A DNA stretch of 64,000 bases from Octopus sinensis (GCF_006345805.1 NC_043014.1:18848001-18912000), one strand, 5' to 3'. Counted from the stretch's first letter, positions 13,882 through 27,707 are shown. Notes: a model not told the origin generated them from the sequence alone. Made by a program: numbers and translations.

Positions 13882-16800
13882 ATATATATATATATATATC
13901 ACCTTGATCACCTTGACCGCATAGTCCGTCGGGCGTCGTCCATTTGACACCACTGGTCGGTCACAGCACGCTGTCCACTCCTCTCTGGATCCCAATATAT
14001 ATAATGTATATATAATATAAATAATATATATGATATATATATAATGTTCTTTTTCATTCTTTTTACAGTTTCTTGTAGTCTTATAAATATTCCAGTGGAA
14101 ACTCTAGACCTTTATGTCAAAGATATGTGTACATGTGCATATATATATATATATATATACATATATAGATAGATATATCTTAACCTCAGTGTTTTGGATT
14201 TATGGCTAAATCCTTATTGCATGTGTTGAATATTTATCCATTGATATATACGAAATTGTGATCGAAAATGGTGGTATTAATTTCTATCTAACTACTATAT
14301 CTTTTAGAATTGTTGCGTTTTGCTTTGGTTAATTTCAAAACAGTTCTTATTCTTAAGAAAGAATATGACTTTCTTTTCAACTATAGCTTACAAAATCACT
14401 TCCTTGTTTTTATTTACGATTTTGATATATTTAGGGTAGCCCTGTCAACACAATAAAAATATCGTTCAAAATTATTCCCTTTCCGACATTTTTCCTTCAC
14501 CATTTCCCTCTTCTTGTAGCTTTGTTTCTTTGTTTCTATAGCTTTTATTCTTTTTCCCTCGTCTTCGATTTCTTCCTCTCTTCCTGTGGCATTGATTCTA
14601 CTTTCGTTATGACGCACGCACACACACACCTACACATATTGATTTATGGCAGTGTATATATACTTAAAAGAATATATAGTGAAATGCTCCCTCCATCACT
14701 CTCTTTTTCTTTCTCTTTCTTTTCTTTCTTTCTTTTTTCTCTATCTATCTGTCTGTGTGTTTTTCTGTCTATCAGTTTATCCATCCGTCCGTCCGTCCGT
14801 CAGTCTATCTATATGTCTGTCTGTCTGCATGTCTCATTATCAATCTCTCTTGAACTCTCTCTCTCTCCCTTTCTCCCTCACTACCTATCTATCTTACCAC
14901 ATCATATTTACACATGCATGAATGTCTGTGTATCGTGTGCAGGTGTTTTTCTTTATTCATCTGTACACGTCTAACCATTTTCGAAAAGCAATAATGCTGC
15001 GAACTGATTCAACGTATATAGACAATAATGGTGTACGTCAGAATATTTATATGAGATAACATACAGGTTCTATTGTAAAAATGTTACATATACGCATATA
15101 AATTTGATGATATATATCAGACATTCAAGTGTACCTGACACTAAAAGCCTAAAGATCGGTAGTTCGTGTCTTGCCACCATCACTGCTTTCTTTCCACTGT
15201 CAAAATCCAAGTATACATTGAGACTAGTGAGAAGCAAGGATTGTGTAGCTAAGAAATAGGTGCCGGTATAATAGAGAGTTAAATACAATTTTAAGCGGCA
15301 AACCGGCACATTCTTTAGAATATTAGATATAGTGTCTCACAGTGTTTGTTCCAACTCTCTGTGCCCTCAACCGATGTTTATGCTGCAGTTGATCGGAGCT
15401 GTAGGAACATTGAAGAAAGACTTTGAGGGAAGTTTTTTTTTAATATTTTAAGAAATTTTTGAAATTTTCTGGAAAACTTTACGGAATTCTACAAGTGGAT
15501 TTCCAAGGGTCGACATTGCCTTTCATCTTTTTGGTGTGATTGGAATAAGTACCATTTGAGTGCTGGGTCTGATGTAATGGGCTGGCTCCCTTCGTCAAAA
15601 GTTTATACCTTATATTTATTGTGGGATGAATTATTTATTCTGACTCTTTTCGTTCAACGCTCAAATCCAGCCATGCTCTGCTTGGGTAATAGACATACCC
15701 AGTCACCCTGTCTACCTGGCATCTTGGGTGACTCTAGCACAGCAAACTTTGATGCAGACAATCGGTTTAGGTCTCCGGTGTGACGATATCTCTCTTTTTA
15801 CCCTCCAGTTTTCGCTCTCATAAAGTCGTCATTGTTGCTGTCTTCTCTCCTCAATAAAAGATAAAAATATGTATATTTGGTCAAATGTAATAGTGAGATA
15901 CCCAATTAGATTTAAGTTTCGGAGATACACGCCAAGTAGCCGAACTTAAGGGCCAAGGGGATAGAGCTCATCCTTAAATTTTAGTAGGCGCTATATAAAT
16001 AGACTGACGTTGCTTTCCGTTCTATTGTGGTTGATAAAATGAAATACCAACCAAATAGAGCAGACGATTTTAACTGACTGTATCTTCTCATTGTTTCTCC
16101 TAGTAATATTCCTCGCTTATACCACCTCATGGAAAGTGTATTTGTAGTCTTTTTTATTATACGCACGATGCTTGAAATCTGTTGGGTAGTGGTTAGTCGA
16201 TTACATCAATCCCAGTGCTCAAATGGGTCTTATTTCACTAACACCAAAAGAACGCAACCTCTACAGCATTTCGATTCAGGACGTAAAGCCGGGACAAATG
16301 TCGCTATGCATTTTATCAGAGTTGCTAACGATTCTGCTTGCCCTCCACCATAAATGGACCTGTAATCACACTATTTGAAACCACAATAATTCTGTCTTAT
16401 TTCCGGTAATAGTGCAATCTGGATTACATTATTCAATGTGTCTACATTTAAAAAGATTTGAGGTCGATTTCTTTGACATATTTGTTAGGTTTATTGACCA
16501 CACAGCGACTCCATAACTGACTTGTTACTATAATAATCATAAACTACATGTGGTATTGATTTCCTGTCACATTGATTCTATTATCCACCACTTTCAGTCC
16601 CGTAAAAAATTGTTTTCTAACACTGGTGCAAATGCAACGAACTTTGGAGATAGTTATAATCAATTGATTCGATCCAAATACTTACTTGATAATATTTTAT
16701 TGACTCTAGCAGACGAAAGACAAATTATATCTCGGTGAGATTTGAACACAGGATAAAAAATAACAGAGCTAAATACCAGAAGGTATTCTTTCCACCGCTC

Positions 16801-17514
16801 TATTGATTCTGCCTTAGGCTCTCTTAACAATTAAGACCATCTAACACTAAATAAACACTAATAATTTTGCAATAACTAATCTTTTTCTGTTTTTAGCTCA
16901 AGGCAAATAAACTATAGAGGATTCCAATGAGATTATTTGGTGTTCATGGTTTTCTGAATGTCATTAGTCGTGCTCCGGAAACATTAACTTCAATCGGAAA
17001 ATCAAAATTATTTTCCCACATTGGTCTTGTCAGTAGCTTTGTTGCTGTAAACTCTTACTGCCGGTCGAATCTCTAACTTCTAAAACACGTCGTAACGCTC
17101 GCTGAGTAAATATAAACATCAAAACGGTTTCGATCGCATTTTGTTTTCTCTTAAGTAGTCAATATATCCAGTATGATGTCCTATGCTGTAAAGCGAACAG
17201 CGTGATTTTGACGCTGTTCTGACAAACATCGGCAATGTCAGTTGAAATATTCATGTAATGAAACTGTTGTGCGGGTAACATCACTTTAATCTATTCTAGT
17301 TCTTCAGTTCTTTACTGGATTCAATCATTAGACTTGTTCTATATCGGTAAAAATGTTCAAAGATTTCAGTCAGAGATATCAATATAATTGATTGTTCTTG
17401 ACTCTGCCTTTGAATTCTGATATATTTACTGATGCAAAATTACATACCCTATACCAGAAATCAAAAAGCAAAGTGTTTATCTAGGGTGTTTACAAGTATT
17501 TCTGTTGACCCCTT

Positions 17515-17866
17515 TATATCTGAGTTCATTTCAAGCCAAAGTTGATTTCTCCCTTTACTATTTCGAAGTTGATAAAACAGAATGACTGTCAAATGTTTCA
17601 ATCAATATTAATCGATTATATTCCCATGTGTATTTCTAATATTCCTCTGTCTATAGTCCCTGGCTAATTTTAAAAAATCGATTTCATCGAGGTCAATATA
17701 ATGTAGTACCAGTAGAGTACTGAGGTCACTGGAATCAACTATCCCACAACCACTAGATTTGCTGGCCTTGTGCCAAAATTTGAAGACATTATTATTATTA
17801 TTATGATTATTTATTATTATTATCATCATTATCATTATTGTTGTTGTTGTTGTTGTTGTTGTTATT

Positions 17867-17908
<42 letters not shown>

Positions 17909-17935
17909 ATTATTATTATTATATTATTATTAGAG
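17515..17935 (+). mobile_element. SINE family C, fragmented, with (ATT/GTT)n tail
   Basis: gagttcatttcaagccaaagttgatttctcccttt... and gctggccttgtgccaaaatttgaagacattattatt correspond to the reverse complements of the copies at 35245-35680 and 39117-39322. Confidence 0.55.
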
Positions 17936-18989
17936 TAGATGGGCAGAATATGTAGAGCAAAGTGCTTTCCAAAGGAGGCTGTTAACTCTATTAAAATATG
18001 TAAAAAGAAATAGCGTAAAGAAGGCGATGAAACATTAACATAATATAACTTTTCAGAAATAATTTTGATAGAGTGTCTATGGAAGCTACAACAATAGGAC
18101 AATTGATGTATCTCATCACATATTCAACAATGAACAAGTAATCGATGGTGGGACTATGTTTCAGTAAATGTTTAATAGAAGGGCTATTTATATAATATAC
18201 TTGAGTAAACTGGAGAGATCTATTGAAAAAGCTACATTGAATAACATCACGTTTCTAATTCTATCACACGGCACTGAGAAGTTTAATTTTGACTCTTTGC
18301 AACTCAGCTACTTACGTCTGCTGACGCGATAAATCTAATATGGATGAACATACCGGCTGACTTGCAAAGATTAACTGACAACAAAGAGGAGTATGAGACC
18401 AGTAGCCATCTGACCATTAATATCCCCACCTCCGATATGTTAATTCAACAATTATATAATGGGTTCCTAATCTTCTCGATTAATAGATTACCATCACTAC
18501 TTGACCTAATACGAATTAACAAGGGTAGTGATATAACCGGCTAGAAATATCAGTCAAATTTCTCTCAAATCTTATCCTGTAAAATAGATAATTTAGTTTT
18601 AAATTATATTTAAACGACAAAGTAGTCATTACCCGGATGTTTTTATTATAAGCCGAGAGTAATTAGGCGTAGCTTCGCATTTACCAGTATGTGACTCATC
18701 CGTGTAAAACCCCTTGCTTTTTGAAACTTCGAACTTTTCAATTTTAGTTTCGAGAATTATAACATTAAACATGAATACTGGATCATAATCTTCAAGATAA
18801 AGTGCTTTAAGCTCCCCAGTTTTTCGTGAGAATTTCAAGAAGATACGCTCTTTCTCTGATTCCATTGCAACTACACTGTATTGCAGCAAGATTCAACTCC
18901 TAAGTTTCCTTGGTAACAGGAGGAAATGAAGACAAGGAGAGTTTTTCCCGAGTCCACTCACATACAAGCATGCACGCACACACACACAT

Positions 18990-19032
<43 letters not shown>

Positions 19033-19239
19033 ACACACACACACACACAGAAACAAATGATATTTTCAAATAATTATATATTGTTGTCGTCGGTTGTTTC
19101 TCTTGTCTGTGAATTTCCATTTCCTCTCAACTGATTCTTTCATAAAATAGGCGTTAGGTGATGGACAAAGTTAATCCTCATCCGAAAGAGATACGAACGC
19201 AGATAGCAAGGAATATTTAGAGGAGGATATGGCCACTTT

Positions 19240-19900
19240 TACTGCATCTTGCATATCTTCTTCAACTTTTATTTCTGTTCTGATTTCTAAAACAACAGCA
19301 GTTGGAATGATTTTGATCTTCAGTTTCCCAAGTCTCAATTGCAACTACTTTGAGGACTAATTTTAATTGGTCTTTGTAATGACAGAGACGGCTTGGTTCT
19401 GGTATTTTCCGACTGATTAATTCACTGACGAAGTTTTAACAGGGAAATCCCTTTCATTCCAACCACATGTTGCAATCATTGTAGCTGGTGTTTGCTCATG
19501 GTTGTCTCTGTTTCACCTGATGTCTTTTCTTAGAATAATATTGTTAGATATGTAGTTCTTATATTTAAGATAGTGCAGAGCTTTTTCGTATAGAAATGCT
19601 GCATACTTAGTTGCCAAGACAATATATTGTCCATGTTTCAGAAATATATAATAATGTTGCGATGTCCATAGCTTCATAAACCATCATCGTTGTGTTTTTT
19701 TGGTGTTCGCTCATTACTTTGGAGACCCCTTTATCCCATTTTTAAATGTCAACCATTTCCGAAATATAACTGATAGGAATAAGACTTGTGATCAACTTAA
19801 TCGGGAGATGTATCACAAATGAAGATGACGAAATCAAGAAGATTGGTCTTCGGAGCAGGCTGGACGAGTACTTTGGTCTTCTTGATATTCCCTGTAAGGC
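19240..19900 (-). mobile_element. Decayed RTE-clade (BovB-like) LINE, RT C-terminal region
   Basis: Minus-strand translation includes FGLTGNIKKTKVLVQPAP and VYEAMDIATLLYISETWTIY, matching RTE motifs FGLTINxKKTxVxxQPAP and LLYGxETWT. Many stops and frameshifts. Confidence 0.7.
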
Positions 19901-20639
19901 CGAAACAAGTAAATGTAGTGGGGAAGTTAACTGAATTCAGTGTGGCAGAAAACAGAATAGTTATTTGCATATTGAATCTTCGTGATGCGCTGGATACGTT
20001 TAAATCGATGAGACTGAAATTTGGGCATATTAAATAGTCCACCATCAAAACGTTATCTGATCCTGTGGATTCGCAAGGTTTCAAAGTGTTCAAGTAATTT
20101 GAAACACTCATAATGAGGGATGGTGGGTTTCTTGTATTTAACATACAACTCTTGCCGTAGTTGCTGGGATTCACTTTCTCTCATTTTTATCGTCGTTGCA
20201 GAGAAATGCAGTGTCAGTGTCTCCTATGCTTCTGAATATTATTCAATATATAATTATCATGATATTTGACATTAAAAGCACTTACGTGAGTGGAAAAGAG
20301 GGAAGAAATGCAAAGGTGTACCTAGTATTTTTATTACATGACTGAGTTCGATCAAATTGCACATGTTGGTAGGAAAATTCAAGTCGGTAGGAAAATTCAG
20401 TATTCATTATATTCCCCACCATAAGCGATGTATTTGTACTATCACTGAACTGAACTCTCAAATACCCATTGACATATCTCAAGTGTTGTACCTATTTTTT
20501 ACAGCCCCATTCACCTCATCTGTGTGTTCACGCATTGTCATGGATTGTTTCCAGATTGTTCTTCCCTACAATTTACGAATGCCTCTACATTTCGCTCATT
20601 GTTCACGGTATATATATATATTGTTGTTGGCAAACTAAT

Positions 20640-20975
20640 CCAGTCTGGGTTTTACATTTCATGTCCTCTCCAGTTCTGCGTAGGTCTCGGCTAGATGTAA
20701 TAAAAATCCTGGGTAGCCTAATCGTCAGCATTCCTCTCTCGAGTAGTCCAAAGGAATGCAGAGCATTACGTTTGGAACCATCTTGGTTGCAGGAGTAAAG
20801 AGTCGAATACTAAACCACCTACGGGGCTTCGGATTTCTTTGAAGGTTGTCTCCTTTCCATAACCCTGGTTACGGGCCCATACCGGGTACTGTCAGCCGTA
20901 GCCAGTTGAGCCGGGACTCGTGTCAGGCAGGGTCGTCACTCCCTGACGCAGTGAAGAAAATCGCTACCCACTAAC
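20640..20975 (-). mobile_element. Probable LINE 5' region (RTE-like UTR), GC-richer island starting at a TA run
   Basis: Same orientation as, and upstream of, the RTE fragment. GC-rich sequence (ggctacggctgacagtacccggtatggg...aaccttcaaagaaatccg). Assignment is from recall only. Confidence 0.35.
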
Positions 20976-21576
20976 TATATATATATATATATATTTATCA
21001 TACATATGTGTATTAATGCATGAAGGAATATTAATTCTTGTACGTATACATACACAACACACAAACATACATTTTCGAATGGTTCTCTGCGACCTTACCT
21101 CGAAATATTTCCTTTTGTATTTTTGTATTTTCTCATCATTGTTGGTTTTATGAATTCTAATTACTTACTTGGTATTCCTGCTGTTTATTGCAAACAAATC
21201 CCGGCAGAATACCATACTTATTCTTACTAACTGAAATTGCGTTCATAACAACATATGACGACTGTACAATCGATTGTAGTTGAAAACTTTTCCTGAATAT
21301 TTGAACTCACACATACAAACACGTAATCTTATATATTCGTACACATGTGTTCATACATCCACATGCGCACGGGATCATACCCATCGATAATCACACATAC
21401 CCCTTTTCAAAGCGTTGCTTATATCTACGTTTTACAAGAAATTTAGCAAGTTCGTTAACAATCCCCATACGATTGATTACATTTCAAAGGAATGAATTTA
21501 CCCACTCTGCAGAGAGTTTGCTTCATTGCAATAATACAGTAATGCAATAACAGAACAATATATTAAGAGGGGTTAG

Positions 21577-21615
<39 letters not shown>

Positions 21616-21857
21616 GCGTGTGTGTATATATGTGTGTATGTGTATATATATATATGAATATATGCATGTGTGTGTAAATGTGTGCATCTAGGGATATATT
21701 CATATATGTTCATATACGTCTATGTAATATAAGCATACGTATGTATAAATATAGTTATAAGTGTGTATTTGCATATGTATATTTATATATGTATATATAT
21801 AAATACATGTATGTATACGTACATACACGTAAACACACATGTGTGTATATGTATGTA

Positions 21858-21892
<35 letters not shown>

Positions 21893-21898
<6 letters not shown>

Positions 21899-21990
21899 AG
21901 GTTTGGAGATGATGTACAGGTATTATATATTAGAAGAAATGAGGTACTCAGAAGATCGGATGGTTTATATTTACAGATATTTATTTATAT
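21893..21990 (-). repeat. PLE terminal-repeat tail fragment, homologous to 46051-46130
   Basis: ttggaaggtttggagatgatgtacagg..tagaagaaatgaggtactcagaagatcggatggtt aligns with ttagaaggtttggaggtgatgtgcag..tagaagaaaaaataagatattcagagatctggatggtt. Confidence 0.6.
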
Positions 21991-22039
21991 ATACAGATAT
22001 TTATTTATATATTTATATATTACTTGGTACGATAACAGG

Positions 22040-22597
22040 AGATTTCACGGAGTGATGTTCGTTGACGCCACACCTAAGAACGAGCTAAGTAAGGCATTCA
22101 AGAAATTCCTGCGCACTACGGGCCTAAAAGTTAAAGTTGTAGAAAAGACAGGTAGGACTATCAAATCGGCATTATGCAGATCATATCCATTTGATAGAAT
22201 CACCTGTCAAAGTAATTGTGCAGTATGTTCGACAAATCCACATGTAAATTGTGAAACCAAGGGCACTGTATACCAGATTAAGTGCCAGGAGGGAGCTTGC
22301 GCGACTAACCCAGAGTCATACATAGGTGAGACCTCTAGAAGCATCAATGATAGGTTCAAAGAACACCTGGACAACTACATTGAAAGGAAGCCAAACTCCA
22401 TCTTCTACCAACATGCTGTAGACTGCCACAAGGGATCCTTAGGGGAGCTTAAGTTGAACATCCTATCAACACACCCCACCGATGCAATGTTGAGACAGGT
22501 CACAGAAGCTGTTTGTATACAAGAATACAAACCTACTCTCAACCGAAAGTCCGAATGGAATAACACCCAGATCCCATTCAGAAGGACTATTCTATAA
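22040..22597 (+). mobile_element. Penelope-like element, 5'-truncated: RT-EN linker, Cys-rich motif and GIY-YIG endonuclease in an open frame
   Basis: VMFVDATP..KVKVVEKTG..PFDRITCQSNCAVC..CETKGTVYQIKC..YIGETSRSINDRFKEH..MLRQVTEAVCI..PTLNRKSEW. The VY..YIG dyad, conserved R and E, and the terminal LN motif are all present. Confidence 0.9.
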
Positions 22598-23586
22598 CCA
22601 CCCCTCTCTCTCTCTCTCTCCCTTTTACCTGTAGTCCTTACATACGGGTTGCAACGCGTATGTGCAGTTATATACAACGGTATGAGCAGACGTTGTGTGA
22701 TACGAACAGTTGCACCTAGGCGTTGTATCCATTCACGGTTAGACGATGATGAGAGGAACAAACACACACCCACACATATATATATGTGTGTGTGCGTCTA
22801 TACAAACATATATGTAAATATGTATACAACCTTCAGCAAAGTAATAGTCATGTACACAACTTGGACGGACACATGCCAGTACACGGACATACGTTCACAT
22901 ACACATACACATGTACACACTCTCACAGACACATCTGCCCATTCTCCTAGACACTCACATACATACGTAATACATGAATACAAACATACATACATACCTA
23001 CGTATGGGCATACACACGTACATACGCACACACATACATGGGCACATGCACACGAGCGCGTATACATACATACGCACATGCGTACGTATGTACATACATA
23101 CATACATACATACATACATACATACATACATACATACATACATACATACATACATACATACGCACAATAGTAAAACAATAGTTCTGTGATATAGAGATAA
23201 AAATCTGATAATAGATTTTAGGGTATAGTTTTGGGAGTAAGCGTCATAAATCACTTTCTAGCTTCGGCCGTAGGAAGTTGAAATTTGATAGCTTTGTGAT
23301 GAGTGGTCACTCTACATCCATCCATCGCTACAGGTTTATAGCTTTATGTTTTATAGAGTGTATGTGCGTGCATATACACACACATACATATATACATACA
23401 TACATACATACATACATACATACATACATACTACATACATACATACATACATACATACATGCATACACAGGCGTATGTGCGTACATGCATACGTACATAC
23501 ATACACACATGTATGCATACATACACACATACATACGTACATATATATGACGAACTAACTGTTACTTTCTTAGATGCAGCACGGAC

Positions 23587-23636
23587 TTTGTCAGTGAACA
23601 GGTCGCGGATTCTAGCGACGAAAATATTTTGACAAA
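23587..23636 (+). ncRNA. Minimal type-I hammerhead-like motif, G3-C8 core variant
   Basis: TTTGTCA [stem I] GTGAACA [core] G GTCGC-ggattcta-GCGAC [stem II] GAAA A-TA-T TT [palindromic AATATT; UUU triplet] TGACAAA [stem I]. One extra G at the base of stem II. Confidence 0.55.
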
Positions 23637-24071
23637 TTAAACTTAAATGTTGAAGTGAATCGAACGGCTTTTGTGTGTTTCTTAAATGGCTTATAAACAC
23701 CTTCCACGCTGCAATTGTTTTCGTTTCAGCACACGATCTCAGATCAAATTACTTGCTATGCGAGTACATCTCCGTAATATTTATATATTACATTTTTTAT
23801 TTATATATCATATCACTTAGATCATTGGCGCTTTCTCCCATTCTAGTGTTTGACTTAGTTTGATTTAAAAACCCTGTAACTACCGTAACGTGTTGAAGAC
23901 GCAAATTCCGTACAGTACAACGTTCATTTACATTATCGGCTTGGTGTTTTTCCAGGTTCTCTATGTGAACCTAGCTACTATTGAGTGTAGCTGGTATGAT
24001 CACTAATAAGCTTTAAGCTTATAATTTTTATTATTTACAGAATTTTCACTCGTCATTCCTTCTCCTTTTAA

Positions 24072-24105
<34 letters not shown>

Positions 24106-24107
24106 AT

Positions 24108-24330
24108 GTGTATGTGTGTGTATTTGTCCACCATCCCCACCATCACTTGGCAATCGATGTTGGTGTGATTCCATCCCCGTAACATAGCAGTTCGGCCTAA
24201 AAGGCTGACAGAATAAGTACCAGGTTTACAAAGAATAAGTCCCGGGGTCGATTTCTTCCATTGAAAGAAGGCCCTGCTCCAGCATGGCCACAGTCAAAAT
24301 GACTGCAACAAATAAAAGAATAAAAGAATA
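24108..24330 (+). mobile_element. SINE family A, 3' half
   Basis: tttgtccaccatcccc..gatgttggtgtg..agaataagtacc..ccagcatggccacagtcaaaatgactgcaacaaataaaag. Confidence 0.8.
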
Positions 24331-24393
24331 TGCATACATACACACACACACATATATGTATATATATATATACATACATATATATATATATAT

Positions 24394-24728
24394 AAAGGGT
24401 AAAGACCCCCTTCGGTCATGAGTGACCATGGGTTTGCACCTAGAGAGTTACCCTCTGAGGCACAAGTCTGGGCAAGGTTGTTTTATGGAAGACCAGTAGT
24501 CGCCCATGCATACCGGCCTCCCCTCTCCACGCCACCAGTGTTATCCAAGGGAAAGACAAAGGTCGATACAGCTTGGCACCTGTGACGTCGCAACTCATTC
24601 CTACAGCTGAGTGAACTGGAGCAACGTGAAATAAAGTGTCTTGCTCAAGAACACAACACGCAGCCCGGTCCGGGATTCGAGCTCACAACCTCACGATCGT
24701 AAGCTCGACGCTCTAACCACTGAGCCAT
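24394..24728 (-). mobile_element. SINE family B (tRNA-derived head), copy 1
   Basis: Minus strand begins atggctcagtggttagagcgtcgagcttacgatcgtgaggttgtgagctcgaatccc with A-box- and B-box-like motifs, followed by a non-tRNA body, so it is a SINE rather than a tRNA gene. Confidence 0.85.
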
Positions 24729-25023
24729 ATATATATATATATATATATATGGCTCAGTGGTAAGATCAACAAAAAAGTTATCCATCTTGTTAGAGATAAA
24801 TATTATACATTATTCTAATGCAAGAATGTTGCTGACATTGAATTCGAAAATTCGCCCAGTTAATCCATTGTCGAACTATGTCTTAGCTGACCGAAACTTC
24901 GAAGTCCCTGTCAACACCATTCTTGTATAAGAATAATAAATTTATTCTCTACCATCAGATTCATGAAAAATTGTTTTTATTATAAATGATCATAAAAACA
25001 AACATTGATATATATATATATAT

Positions 25024-25356
25024 AAAGGGTAAAGACCCCCTTCGGTCATGAGTGACCATGGGTTTGCACCTAGAGAGTTACCCTCTGAGGCACAAGTCTG
25101 GGCAAGGTTGTTTTATGGAAGACCAGTAGTCGCCCATGCATACCGGCCTCCCCTCTCCACGCCACCAGTGTTATCCAAGGAAAGACAAAGGTCGATACAG
25201 CTTGGCACCTGTGACGTCGCAACTCATTCCTACAGCTGAGTGAACTGGAGCAACGTGAAATAAAGTGTCTTGCTCAAGAACACAACACGCAGCCCGGTCC
25301 GGATTCGAGCTCACAACCTCACGATCGTAAGCTCGACGCTCTAACCACTGAGCCAT
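25024..25356 (-). mobile_element. SINE family B, copy 2 (part of the tandem duplication)
   Basis: Identical to copy 1 apart from two single-G indels. Confidence 0.85.
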
Positions 25357-26017
25357 ATATATATAATATATATATATATGGCTCAGTGGTAAGATCAACA
25401 AAAAAGTTATCCATCTTGTTAGAGATAAATATTATACATTATTCTAATGCAAGAATGTTGCTGACATTGAATTCGAAAATTCGCCCAGTTAATCCATTGT
25501 CGAACTATGTCTTAGCTGACCGAAACTTCGAAGTCCCTGTCAACACCATTCTTGTATAAGAATAATAAATTTATTCTCTACCATCAGATTCATGAAAAAT
25601 TGTTTTTATTATAAATGATCATAAAAACAAACATTGATATATATATATATATATAAATTTTATCTTTTATACGTACATACATACAATAGAATACATGCAA
25701 ACACACATGCATAGATACAGGGACATAGACACAAGCTCAAATATATGCATACATAAAACTATTTTCGACGTGTACATCATTGTGTAGCTGCGCACGCATG
25801 TGTGCTTCACTATGAACTGAATGAACAATAATCACTCTCCTCTCTGTGACCTGGAATCTTAAGAAGGCAAGATAACATATACATACAGAATTCAAAATCG
25901 CATAAGAATTAATATCACTTTTAGAATTTTTTCTAACTGAACTGAATACCAAATTATCGATTATTTCTCTCGTTTATTCTCTTTAACGCCCTTTCTCATT
26001 TTCTCGATATCTCACGT

Positions 26018-26066
26018 TCTCTCTCTCTCACTCTCTCTCTCTTTCTCTCACTCTCTCTCTCTCTCA

Positions 26067-26097
<31 letters not shown>

Positions 26098-26142
26098 TCA
26101 CTCTCTCTCTCTCTCACTCTCTCTCTCTCTCTCTCTCTCTCT
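26018..26142. repeat. (CT)n / CTCTCA microsatellite
   Basis: Directly visible. Confidence 0.95.
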
Positions 26143-26588
26143 GTGTCTTTAATTCTCGTGTTTATCTCAGACATACGTCACGTCTCTAACTTTAAATTTC
26201 TGTATCGATATATCTACTCATTTGCATACCATCACGCACACATGTACTCAGTTAAGCTCTGCCTCAGCGACGGTTATACAGGGACACAGATGTAAATGGT
26301 GGTGGAGACATTAGTTTCAGTTGCTATTCCAAGTCTCGCCTAAACTCACCCATCGCAAGTGGATTCACGAGGATTTTGGAAGTTCGGTGTAAGGGCAGAA
26401 TATAATCTTAGATATCTAATAATGATGATAGTGATGTTGGCGATGATGATGATGATGATGTTGATAATGATGATGACGAGGACGACGACGATGATGATGA
26501 TGAGGGTGATGATGATAAGACGAAGTAAATAGACTACTTTTTCTCTTCATCGTCAATTCAATGTTACATGCATCTATCTATCTATCTT

Positions 26589-26642
<54 letters not shown>

Positions 26643-26811
26643 GATCTATCTATCTATCTATCTCTCTCTCTATATATATACATGTTTATATGTGCATGTG
26701 AGCGTGCATACATATGCATATATGCATATACACGCACAAAACACACAAACACATACACAAATACTCACGCGCGCAGACATATATGTATATGTGTATGTAT
26801 GTGTGTATATA

Positions 26812-26863
<52 letters not shown>

Positions 26864-26866
26864 TAC

Positions 26867-26912
<46 letters not shown>

Positions 26913-26928
26913 TATATATACATACATA

Positions 26929-27058
26929 GGCGCCGGCGCGGCTCTGTGCTTAAGATACCTATATTGCAATCACCTTGAGCAAGTGTCTCCTTCTGTAGCC
27001 TCGAGCCGAATAATGCCTTGCGGTTGCATTTGGTAGAGGAAGACAATGAGGACACATG
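26929..27058 (+). mobile_element. SINE family A head fragment, internally deleted
   Basis: aggcgccggcgcggctctgtgcttaag..caccttgagcaagtgtctccttctgtagcctcgagccgaataatgccttg. Confidence 0.6.
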
Positions 27059-27144
27059 TCGTGTCTATATGTATATATATGTGTGTGTGAGTGAGTGTAT
27101 GTGCGTGTATATGTATGTTGTATATATATATATATGTATGTATG

Positions 27145-27191
<47 letters not shown>

Positions 27192-27277
27192 TTATATATA
27201 CATATATATATATATATCTTAAATAGTAAATAATATAGTATATACATACATATATATATGTATATGTAATAATAATG

Positions 27278-27317
<40 letters not shown>

Positions 27318-27319
27318 TA

Positions 27320-27378
<59 letters not shown>

Positions 27379-27661
27379 TTAGGGAGTATAACTCCAAACT
27401 TACAGGATTTAGTATTAAATCAAATTTCGCAATATAAATATATAATATATATGAATGAGAGAAAAACCATTATTATGTAATTCAAACAATGATAGACGTA
27501 AAACATATCATATAGAAAAAATAAAATATATGATGAAACATTTATCTAGATCACAAAAAGTACATAATAATAAATAAACAGTATGTAATAAGTAGTATAT
27601 AATAAGTATATAATAAATAACATATGATAAGTATATAATAAGTATATATAATATTTCTCTA

Positions 27662-27707
<46 letters not shown>

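Larger units (their letters stand above)
24394..25655. repeat. Near-perfect 630-bp tandem duplication bounded by TA runs
   Basis: Units start at 24394 and 25024. The differences I could find are homopolymer and TA-length indels only. Confidence 0.95.

Noticed and set aside
15680-15960. LTR-like segment with AATAAA
   Set aside because: There is no second LTR, clear TG..CA ends, TSD, PBS or PPT.
26290-26530. Open frame leading into a (GAT/GAC)n acidic-looking tract
   Set aside because: There are no convincing splice sites or start, and it is explained by a trinucleotide microsatellite.
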